Origin: Adineta vaga
Taxonomy: Eukaryota > Animalia > Rotifera
NCBI GenBank assembly: GCA_021613535.1
Contig: CP075497.1
Location: 10,602,001 to 10,666,000, forward strand
Reading direction: 5' to 3'
DNA length: 64,000 nucleotides
Shown: in pieces, positions 53,078 through 64,000 of the stretch
Layout: every line of letters begins with the position of its first letter
Numbering within the stretch: position 1 is the first letter of the stretch
Program-made: the position numbers and the translations under genes
Notes under the pieces: generated by a model
The model's database searches: none
The model's input: only the letters and a program-made list of their open reading frames with translations
Told to the model about the DNA's origin: nothing

Positions 53078-53367
53078 ATGTCATCGCAACAGAATTCTCA
53101 AAATTGGCAACAAGGAACCAATCAATATGGTAATTACTATACCCATCGTGGTGAAGGAGCTGCACATGGAGGTATGTTGATTGTAGAGATAAACTCGTCA
53201 AAATTTATTACATATCTACATGTTTTACTATAGGTAACTATCACTACAGTAATCAAGATGGATCGTATTATTATCAAAATACCAATGGTTCAACATTCTA
53301 TCAGGCACCTAATGGTCATCGAAACTATACGGCGCCAGAGAACAATCCTCGTAACACTCAACAATAA
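53078..53367 (+). CDS. 75-aa N/Q/G/Y-rich microprotein resembling a fungal hypothetical family
   Basis: Exons 53078-53171 and 53234-53367: MSSQQNSQNWQQGTNQYGNYYTHRGEGAAHGGNYHYSNQDGSYYYQNTNGSTFYQAPNGHRNYTAPENNPRNTQQ*; AATAAA follows the stop. Confidence 0.8.
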
Positions 53368-53926
53368 TCAAATAAATGCATTTTGAACGAATAGTGCTTT
53401 TCTTTTGATGGACTTAAGTTTATCATCATTATGCTTCAAGATTTAGCGTCTTTTTTTTCAAAAATAAACTTGATTATTCATTCAATATAGAAATGAATTC
53501 TCACACGTTTTTCTCATGCTAGATGTCTGTTAGATTTGATAAGAATAGAGCGTCCTCTATCAAAGTATTTATATATAAACTTTAGAAAAGATTTCAATGC
53601 ATTTATTTGATTCGTCTACTAAGTTTAGTTCAGTGAAAAGATTTATTATAGTTAAATATACAATTTTGAGTCTCGTTAACCAACCAACCTACTTTGTCAA
53701 GATCATCTATGACGCGCGTTTCGACCATAGCTGACGACGTGGAAGACTAAAGATTTGTTTATTTCAAAATAAAAGAATAAGAAAAAATTTTTTTTTTGAC
53801 ATTTCAATACATAAACAAAGAATTTTACCTGATCTCTTTCTTCAGATGTTGATAATCAGACATTAGTCATTTTAGTGTCATATAATAAAACGTTTCATTA
53901 TCAAAAAGACGATCATTCTTTTATAA

Positions 53927-54539
<613 letters not shown>

Positions 54540-56762
54540 TTTATTTAATGGAAAAAGACAGATAGACTTTGTTTTTAGGCCAATTTATATTTTTTAGTTT
54601 ATTTTCGAATGGAATGGATAAGAGTGTGTATGATTTAATTCTTTGTCTAACAAACGTCTATAATAATATCGTAAAACATATACATTTCATTTTACTTCTG
54701 TTCGTTTGTTTGTTTCTTTTTCTTTTCTGTTCAGTATTTTCTGATGTAAACTTATTCATAGAAGAACAACATGCACTCTTATTTATTTCGGACTGTTTTC
54801 GTTGTTGTTTTTATTTTACAAAGGGTGGAATGTTATCGTAATCTACTGAAAATAAACTAAAAATTTGGCCATTTCATTTCCAACAAATAATCGAATATGT
54901 TTACAAATTATGGCTAGACAATAATTAGATGATGAACTAAATTTGTTTCCTGACAAAACTATAAAGTTGAAATTGAGGATAAAGCTACAAATACATAAAA
55001 ATATTCGTAGGTGGTTAACAAATGGGGAGATATGGTATATGGTAGAAGAGTGCGTATGAAATGTTGAGTTTCAAAACGCCATTCTACTATTTTGTATTTC
55101 CTCGATGGAAATAGAAATGTACTTAATTATATTTTCATTCAAGGATGAAGTGTACAGATAACAAACCTCAAAATCATTAAGAATATTGTTCAAAAAAAGA
55201 TCAATAATTTCGATGTTATTAGATTTATAAACGACAAATAAAACTTAATTGATAACTGATGTACCGAGAGTTTGTTTTTCAAGAACAATGAAAACAAAAT
55301 ATCAAAATTTTCAAGTACTACAATTCACCGTCATCTTTTCAATGTAAACAAATGCTGTCATATTTCATTCAAAAAAACTATTTTAAACACATCAAATGAA
55401 TCATCTCTCTAAAAATCTTTCGACGAATAAAATCAGAAAATAAGGAACTATATATGTTTACAAGGGAAGTAGTATGAATGCAAGGGCAAAAAATATCTTT
55501 TGCAATTCGAAATATATTATGCTGCAAGCAACACTTGAAAATGATTCATGAAGGTGCAAAAGAATAACTAGAAGCATAAGGGATTAAACATACGATTTTA
55601 ATCAACTGAATTTTTAATGTAAACTTTCCTCATCAGTTATTTATCAGTTTAGATTGATAACGTATATTCATTTGAAACAAAATCTAGGCGGAAAGTCATG
55701 TAAACAAAAATCGAAAACATTTGAATATCATCATAAATAATTGCTCTTTTGGGATAGTTATATTCTGTCAAGTAGAACGTCTGTTTTATCTCAGAACGTT
55801 GTATTTTCTCTGAAATAATAATTAAATTATTTTCATCAAATCAAATCAATTCACTCGTTCTTAGATGTAAATCTGATTCTTTAACTGTAGATACATATTT
55901 CCTATCGAATTTATCAACCAGACTAGCGATCTATATCATCATGATAAGATTATCTGTAAAAGACGAAAAAACAAATCATCGTTTTTCAATTAGTTTCTTT
56001 TATTATATTACAAATAGTACTCGTTTTCTCATTTCGCATATTATTTGCCAACCATACATCAAACGTATGGCGGGAAGCGTGCATCCGATACTTTTTTCTA
56101 TTCATTCAGCAACTTCTTACTGTGCCTTAAATTACTACGTAGAAACATTAATCAGAGCAATAAACAAGATTATTTTTTATTTTGTTCGTCTATATTTTCA
56201 ACTGAGAGACGAGGTTGAATCTTCCTAGTTGAAAAGACATGACATCGATGCGATGATACGGTTATGATTGAAGCATTTTTTTATTTTTTTTTCGTTTTTG
56301 TCAATTCCTTGTGAAGCTAACTAATCGTGTTTGTATAGTAACGAGAAAGAAAAAGGAAGAAAAAGAAAACGAGAGAAAAAGAAAGTCGAGTATATTGGTT
56401 TGCTTTCTCTCATTTGTGTTTCTTCATAATCAAGAACAGTCTGAAAACGCCCTTTGCTCAAAATCATATACCGATCAACTTTTCCCTTTCATAAATAGAC
56501 ACAGGTGAAAAAACATCCCGTTATATACTGCTGGTAGTTTCTTTTCCTATGAGGCCTATTTACATAAGAGTTTTTCATCAAATAGTTCTCTTTTTGCTCG
56601 ATCATTCATTTGCATCGTAATCCTTATGTTTGGAATCTTTCAAAGAAAAGAACTTTTACACATAGATATTACTATAGAAATCTGTTCCTTTTTTTGTACT
56701 CGTACTTAGGTTTATAATTGATGAATTTTATTTTATTTTATTTTAGAAGAAATATCTTTGTC

Positions 56763-58324
56763 ATGGAGTCAGACAATGCTAATGGTGAAATTTTTCTTTT
56801 TACATCAGAATCAGTTGGTGAAGGTCACCCGGGTAAGTGTTTTAATAGGAATTTTGCGTGGCAGAGAATACTCTTGTGTGAAGTTATATAAAGAAAAGAG
56901 AGAAAGGAAAAAAAGGTTGAAATTATAGAAAGAAAGAGAGTAATTATAGCTTTAAATGTTTTTTACTTTTATTTTTTAGATAAAATCTGTGATCAAGTCA
57001 GTGATGCTATTCTTGATGAATGTTTACGAACTGATCCAGATTCCAAAGTTGCATGCGGTAAATTATATAAATCTAGTTATTTTGATTTTCTAACAAAGAC
57101 TTTCTTTTATTTTCTCCTACAGAAACATGCACGAAAACTGGTATGATCATGGTTTGTGGAGAAATCACGACTAAAACTGCACTTGATTATCAAAAAATTA
57201 TTCGTAATACTGTGCGAGAAATTGGTTATGATTCATCGACAAAAGGTTTTGATTACAATACGATGAATGTACTTGTTGCAGTTGAACAACAATCACCTGA
57301 TATAGCACAAGCTGTACATGAACAAAAAACTCATGAAGATATTGGTGCTGGTGATCAAGGTATAATGTTTGGATATGCAACAGATGAAACAGAAGAATGT
57401 ATGCCATTAACAATTGAACTTTCACATAAATTGAATGCGAAAATGGCTGCATTAAGACGAAATGGTGAAATGGATTATCTTCGACCTGATTCAAAAACTC
57501 AAGTATATATAATAAGCAATAGAAAATAAATAAATTAAAGTATTCTTTCTGTTGATATTTAGGTTACTGTAGAATATAAACTTGATCATGGTGCTTGTTT
57601 TCCACTTCGTGTGCATACCATTGTTATTTCGACTCAACATAGTCCTGATGTTACTCAGGAAAAACTACGCGATGATCTTCTAAATAAAATTATCAAACCA
57701 GTTATATCAGCAGAATTACTTGGTAAGAATTCTTATTCTAATGAATATAATTGATTATTGTATGGACTGATTTCATTTTAGATGAAAAAACTATTTATTA
57801 TTTAAATCCATCAGGTAAGTTTGAAATTGGTGGTCCACAAGGTGATGCTGGATTAACGGGACGTAAAATCATTGTTGATACATATGGTGGATGGGGTGCT
57901 CATGGTGGTGGTGCTTTTAGTGGTAAGGATCCATCAAAAGTTGATCGTTCAGGAGCATATGCAGCTCGTTGGGTGGCGAAATCACTTGTGAAAGCAAAAC
58001 TTTGTCGTCGTTGTCTCGTTCAAGTTTCTTATAGTATTGGTATTGCTAAACCATTATCTATCACTGTTTTTTCTTATGGTACATCGGAAAGATCCAATGC
58101 AGAATTATTGGAAATAGTTAAAAAGAATTTCGATCTTCGTCCTGGTATTATTATTCGGTAAGATTTCGTTTTCTTTCGATTTCAAAGATATTTTTTCAAC
58201 ATTATATTTTATATTATGTAGAGATTTAGGATTGAAAAATCCAATTTATAAAAAAACAGCATGTTATGGTCATTTTGGTCGATCAGACTTTCCTTGGGAA
58301 CAAGCAAAAGAACTGCAATTTTAG
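56763..58324 (+). CDS. MAT2A: S-adenosylmethionine synthetase (MAT/sams)
   Basis: [89 protein letters not shown]. Confidence 0.98.
57118..57126 (+). promoter_or_regulatory. METTL16/METT-10-type m6A motif TACAG|AAAC at the 3' splice site of MAT coding intron 2
   Basis: Intron 57058-57122 ends ctcctacag and the exon begins aaacatgc (VAC-E-T junction). The predicted methylated base is A57121 of the acceptor AG. Confidence 0.7.
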
Positions 58325-58711
58325 TAATTAGATCAATTAAAACGTTTAGAAGAAATCTACTCGAATTAATTAAATGAAATCTTTATAGGCAGTTATTTTT
58401 GTGATAAAATTGTGCTAATATATATAATCTTCTTTGATCAAATTTTGTTTTTTTGTAATCGTTTGACACGGATTTATTCGTGTGTTTACAGGGGGAAAAT
58501 AAAACATCGATATATGGACGTTGGTTTGATATTTTTCTATCTCATGAAAATGAATCGGTCATATCGAAAATTAAGATAACGGGTACTATTCTGTACAGAT
58601 AGAAGAGAAAAAACCCAAACGTTAAAGACGTGATATAATTTTATCATAAAGTTAAGCTTATTCTCTATTCTTACGTGCTCATTCCCAACAAATCGTATCT
58701 CCTATATAGAT

Positions 58712-59161
58712 ATGCCTATTCACCCAACAACTCAACAACCAAGATCAATAAATTCTACTATTGATTTATTACCTGATGAATATATTCGTTTCGAATATAA
58801 TTATAAACCAGGCTGTTGTTGTTTTACTTCTAAAATAACAACTATTACCAACAAACGTTTAATTACACAAACTATTAAAACACCAACGATATGTTCGAAG
58901 AAAACATCATCCGGACCAGAGACGATTAAAATAATAGATCTAACCGATATTCACGATATGAAACAATTACGATCAGCAATTCCATCAAGTCGAAATACAT
59001 GGTGGATGAAATGTATTGATATTTTATCATGTCGATATTCTAATCAACAGATTAATTGGTTAGAATCATGTCGTGGAGTAGACAATTTAGCAATGGATAC
59101 ACATACATCGATAAGAACAACTGAAGATACAAAACCATCTATATTAACTGAAAAATTTTAA
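58712..59161 (+). CDS. Intronless 149-aa orphan with Cys clusters (possibly PH-like fold)
   Basis: ORF with LLPDEYIRFEY...PGCCCF...ITNKRLI...IDLTDIHDM; acceptor-like TATAG a few nt before the ATG. Confidence 0.65.
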   Translation: MPIHPTTQQPRSINSTIDLLPDEYIRFEYNYKPGCCCFTSKITTITNKRLITQTIKTPTICSKKTSSGPETIKIIDLTDIHDMKQLRSAIPSSRNTWWMKCIDILSCRYSNQQINWLESCRGVDNLAMDTHTSIRTTEDTKPSILTEKF

Positions 59162-59544
59162 TTTTTTTTGCTACTTATACTTATTTCTATTCTTCATTAT
59201 CATACATTTATCGTTGCTTGATTGTTTTTCTTTATTGGTATTTCTGTTATGACCTTGATTGAAGTTACTGTATCTTGAATAATCTTAAAATTGAAAAAAT
59301 AAACTAGCATCTTTTTTTTTCGTGAATAAGTATAAGATCGAGGTCGCTACTAGTCATTTCGTCGATACAATTCCTTTGCGTTTGGTTCGACAAATAAGAG
59401 CAACTAATTATAATCGTGCATGGTACTTGTTGGATTGGATGCTTCGAAATGATGACGATAAATAAAAAGTCAAAGGTCGCTCATTATTTTCTTACGATTC
59501 TCTATAAATATAGGACATATCTATTGGGTACTTTATAGAAAAAG

Positions 59545-60801
59545 ATGGTTTTTAAACGAGCTGTTTACATTGTTGCTGCACGTCGTACTCCATTCGGTAC
59601 ATATGGTGGGAAATTGAAAGATTTTTCTGCAACACATTTGCAAGAACTTGCTAATCGTGCTGTTATTAAACAAGCTAAACTATCACCTGAGGCTATTGAT
59701 AGTACTATTGTTGGAAATGTCATGCAATCATCGTCGGATGCAGCTTACATCGCTCGTCATGCTGCCTTACGTGCTGGTGTACCCATTCATGTTCCAGCAT
59801 TAACAGTAAATCGTCTTTGTGGATCAGGTTTTCAATCAATAATAAGCGGTGGACAAGAAATTCAATTAGGTGATTCAAATATTGTTCTTTGTGGTGGTAC
59901 TGAAAGCATGTCACAAGCGCCATATGCCGTACGAAATATTCGATTTGGAACAAAATTAGGTCAAGATTTGAAACTTGAAGATACACTTTGGCAAGGTTTA
60001 ACTGATGAATACGCAAAGGTACCTATGGGTATTACAGGTAATTTCAAAATAAAAATAGGTTTATGTTAATATCTAATTAATTGTTTTTGAAATGTAGCGG
60101 AGAATTTAGCAAAGAAATATAATGTTACACGGCAAGAAACGGATCAATATGCTTTACAATCACAACAACGTTGGAAAAAAGCCAACGATCAAGGTGCTTT
60201 TAAAGATGAAATTGAACCAGTAAAAACCAAAGGTAAAAAAGGTGCAGAAGAAAGTTTTGATACCGATGAACATCCACGTCCACAATCAACAATTGAAACA
60301 CTTTCGAAATTACCGGCCGTATTTATTAAAGATAAGGGAACAGTTACAGCTGGTAATGCTAGTGGTGTTTGTGATGGTGCTGCTGCTGTAATTATTTGCA
60401 ATGAAGAAGCATTGAAAAAACATAATCTTCAACCATTAGCTCGTGTTGTTGCATATCATGTTAGTGGAGTTGAACCAACTTTAATGGGTTTTGGTCCTGT
60501 ACCTGCAATTGAAAATTTACTAAAGAAAACACAAAAACAAGTATCGGATATTGATCTATTTGATATCAATGAAGCATTTGCTCCACAATTTCTTTCGTGT
60601 CAAAAAGTTTTAAAATTACCAAATGAAATAACAAATGTTAACGGCGGTGCCATCGCTCTTGGTCATCCATTGGGTGCATCAGGTACTCGAATTACGGCAA
60701 ATCTTGTCTATGAATTACGACGACGACAAGGTAAATATGCTGTTGGTGCAGCTTGTATTGGTGGTGGTCAAGGCATATCAATCTTACTTGAACGTGTTTA
60801 A
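59545..60801 (+). CDS. ACAA2: Mitochondrial 3-ketoacyl-CoA thiolase
   Basis: VYIVAARRTPFG, NRLCGSG (catalytic Cys), INEAFA, GHPLGASG, CIGGGQG; one intron 60038-60097. Confidence 0.96.
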
Positions 60802-60932
60802 ATCTTATGTCTTTCTTCAAATCTTCTTTAACTTTTTTTATATTGAAAAATCGTATTAAATAAAAACAAAGAAAAAATCTGTTAAATTTCAGTTCTTTGT
60901 GATCAATAATAAATATCAAATGAATCTTTTAG

Positions 60933-62723
60933 ATGTCTTTCAATGAATATATGCATGTTCGAAATCGTTATCGAACGAATCCACCGGATTTTAAACAACT
61001 TGCAGAAAAACATCCAGCATTGAAACCTTTTCTTATTCAGAAAACTAATGGCGGAGTAACACTTGATTTTTGTGATGCAAATGCTGTTCAAGCATTGACA
61101 ATTGCAGTAGCAAAAGAAGATTTTGATTTAGATTTAGAATTAAGTCTTGGTAAACAAAAGATTCTTTCGAAATTAGTTTCTAATCTTTTGTTACTATTGT
61201 AGATCGATTGATACCGAGAATTCCACAAAAACTAAATTATCTACATTGGATTGAAGATTTAGTTGAACGTAAAATCGATGCCGTTGGAATCGATATTGGT
61301 ATAGAAAGAAAAATAAAATAACAAATCATGTGATTCATTTTGTGTTTTTGAGGTGGTGGATGTTCATGTATTCATGCGCTTTTAGCACTTCGTTTGAATC
61401 CTCAATGGACAATGTATGTTTCAGAAATAGATCCATTTAATTATCGCATGGGAATAAAAAATGTTGAAAACAATCAATTAGATGATCGTATTCATGGTAA
61501 GAATATGAAAAGATTATTAATTATGAAATCAAATGATTTGTATTTCAGTGATTCAAGTCGATTCATCTGCGTTATTTGATAATTTTATTGATCGAACAAA
61601 ACATTATGATTTTCTCATGTGTAATCCTCCGTTCTATTCTGATTCAATGGAATCTCAAGGTTTAACAAATACTCGAAAATCTGATCGTCCGCCAACAAAG
61701 TCAATTAATACGGCAGCACCAATTGAATCAATTTATGATCAAGGTGGTGAAGTAGAATTTGTTAAACGTATGATTCATGAAAGTCGAACATATGCAACAA
61801 ATGTCAGGTAGAAAGAGTTCTGTTGTAAGTTCCATTCGAATATAGATTTAGTGAAAAACGTCTTTCGTTTTCTTTTATTCTTAGAGTTTTCACCAGTCAA
61901 CTGGGGAAAAAATCAAGTTTAGATCAAATTAAAAAATGTTTTCAAGATATTCGTTATATTGATACAGAATTATGTCAAGGAAATACAATGCGTTGGGCAG
62001 TTGCATGGACATTCGATGAGACGTTTCACTTTTCTGATCAATGTCAATCTCTAAAAGCATTAAAAGCTTTAAAAGTATTTACTTCAGTGACAAAAAAATG
62101 ACTTTATTTTGTTTGTTTTTTATTTCTATAGAAAGCAAAGAAAAAAAACGAAAGTCATCGCACACCGATTAGTATTCCATTTGATTCGAAATATTCATTT
62201 GATTTCATCAAAACTTATCTCGAAACACATTTATTCCATGAACTAAATGTAAGTTGTGAGATTCTGTTTGTATAAGAAATTGAAGAACAATCTTTCTTTC
62301 TTTTTTTCATTCAACCTTCAGAGAGAAAAAGACACGAGTAGAATGAGAATTACAATTCTCCTTCTCTTGTACAAAGTACTTGAACTTTTGTTTTATTTTT
62401 AGTTGAAATCGACAAGTCTCAGTTCATATGCTTGGATAATAGATGCCTATGAAAACTCATGGTCTCATCAACGTCGTCGTCGACGTCATCCAATCGATAA
62501 TGATGAACCACCATCAAAACGTTTGAAATCGAATGATGCACCAGTGATGAAAGTGTGCAGTCTTCAAGCACGTTTAGATGAACATGAAGGTATTTGCAGT
62601 CTCTTTCTCTTATTTGTCGATGGAACAAATACTGATGCTGCTAATCAAATTGGTCAATATATTAAAAATCAATTTCCAATCTATTGTCAAAACCATGAAG
62701 AAAAAACATTGACAATTGCATAA
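60933..62723 (+). CDS. METTL16: RNA N6-adenosine methyltransferase METTL16/METT-10
   Basis: MHVRNRY...PPDFKQLA, LIPRIPQKLNYLHWIEDL, GIDIGGGCSCI, DFLMCNPPFY, GGEVEFVKRMI, LGKKSS, QGNTMRWAVAWTF, and VCR-like AYENSWSHQRRRRR. Confidence 0.95.
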
Positions 62724-63104
62724 TGAATGTGACATTTCAAAATACATGCATATACGCAACTTTTGTTTTGTTCCTTCTATTCATTCAAGAAACACTGATA
62801 CATATTTTTTTTCTATATTCATCATTTTTGTTTACGATCACCGTTCTAGTAAAACCATAAATTGTCGTAAAAGCAGACCATTGCATTATTTACCTATACA
62901 TATGTAACTGATAAGAATGATAGACATCCTGAATGTTATGCTGTTGTTACCAATTTTTTTCGTTATTCGACAAAATATTTATTTCGTTCGTATTGACTGC
63001 AACATGTGACGATCTCGCAAACAATTTATTTTGATTTCTATCATAAATACTGCTCTACTCTTTTAACTTTGCCATTATGCAATGATAAATGAGGTAGAGA
63101 AAGA

Positions 63105-63106
<2 letters not shown>

Positions 63107-63137
<31 letters not shown>

Positions 63138-63139
63138 AA
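63107..63139. repeat. (GAAA)n microsatellite
   Basis: About 8 GAAA units. Confidence 0.9.
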
Positions 63140-64000
63140 AACACATCATGATCAGTAAATGTTTGCTTACAAGCAAAAGACAAGTGCACAAAAAGATTAA
63201 AAAGAAATATATGAAGTGTTTCTACTAAATTTCTTATTTCAGATTAAAAATTCTTATCCATATCTATGTAGGAAGAAAACAAGCTAGGTACGTTAATTAT
63301 AGTTTTTGTTACGGTTTAGTATCTGGTTTTTATCTTTACGCTCAATCATGTTTATTAAAAACGTGCGCGTTTATTGATATAGTGGAAAAAGGAAAAAAAC
63401 AAAGAATGAAGAAAGAATGATAGCAACAAGAATAACTTCATGTTTGGAGAGGAAGAGAGAGTAGTCGAACATTTCTTTTATTTTTCTTTTTTTTATATAT
63501 GATGTAGACAGAGAAGCGTCGAAAAAAGAAAAGACGATGGCAACAGCAGTTCTTTCAATCTCGTTTTTTTTTCTTCATTCTGTGTCCTCTTTAGCGTAAG
63601 AGTTTTGCTTGTTGTTATATATTTTTTTTTCATTCATAGACATGCATCTTTTTCTTGCTACTCAGTAATCGCGAAAAAACAAATGAGGAAATAATCTTTA
63701 CTTACTCTGTTACTTCTCTAGAGACATTTGATTGTTGCCTACATTTTATCCAAACACGAACATCTACAGAGGTTAATCAATTGCTAGATGGTACAAATAT
63801 CTTTTGTATGCAAACTTATGTATATGATTTAATCCCTTTTTTGCATAAAAAATGACAACAAAAGAATGACATGTTCAATCGATATTGTCATGTTTCATAG
63901 TTACTTAATCCATGTGTTATTTATGAATTATTCTATTTAGAGACAACGAATTTAATTAAACCTCCATAATGTCATCTCTTACTCCACCCTCAGCGGTACA

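Noticed and set aside
54900-55900. Possible decayed transposon (PRVCFSRTM faintly like a Pif1/Helitron helicase motif)
   Set aside because: Only a few matching residues, no extended ORF, no terminal repeats or target-site duplication.
56859-56868. GGCAGAGAA in MAT intron 1 resembling UACAGAGAA
   Set aside because: Lacks the UA before CAG and has no polypyrimidine tract; probably chance in a purine-rich intron.
57097-57098. Proximal AG in MAT intron 2 as a nematode-like alternative acceptor
   Set aside because: Only a few nt after the branch-like CTAAC, and it would add 8 codons in frame without a stop; unsupported.

Overview
Eukaryotic (animal) genomic DNA, roughly 30% GC, gene-dense, with GT-AG introns mostly 50-65 nt long. 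This style suggests a bdelloid rotifer (Adineta/Rotaria-like), which is an inference and not proven. About 24 protein genes were reconstructed by hand-splicing: two SH2 proteins, RalGPS, DUSP11/PIR1, U2AF1, GLRX3, STX8, an LRR protein, SSADH, PIN1, a double alpha-crystallin sHSP, Mint/X11, RIM-BP, a nested cytochrome c, importin-7, profilin, a fungal-like microprotein, ARL1, SAM synthetase (MAT), ACAA2, METTL16 and several orphans. No rRNA, tRNA, CRISPR array or intact transposon was seen. Highlights: (1) a candidate SAM-homeostasis circuit. MAT intron 2 ends in TACAG|AAAC, the METTL16/METT-10 3' splice-site m6A motif of nematode sams genes; METTL16 lies 2.6 kb downstream and U2AF35, the factor blocked by that mark, is in the same window. 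(2) An intronless cytochrome c with a ~158-aa Gly/Lys/Asp/Ala tandem-repeat N-terminal extension, nested on the same strand inside a RIM-BP intron, with an NRF1-like site upstream and a 2-nt frameshift in the repeat. (3) Operon-like gene trains with 31-217 nt gaps and donor-less acceptor sites before ATGs, suggesting SL trans-splicing. (4) A 75-aa microprotein resembling a fungal family (HGT candidate). (5) Candidate poison or alternative acceptors in U2AF1 and METTL16.
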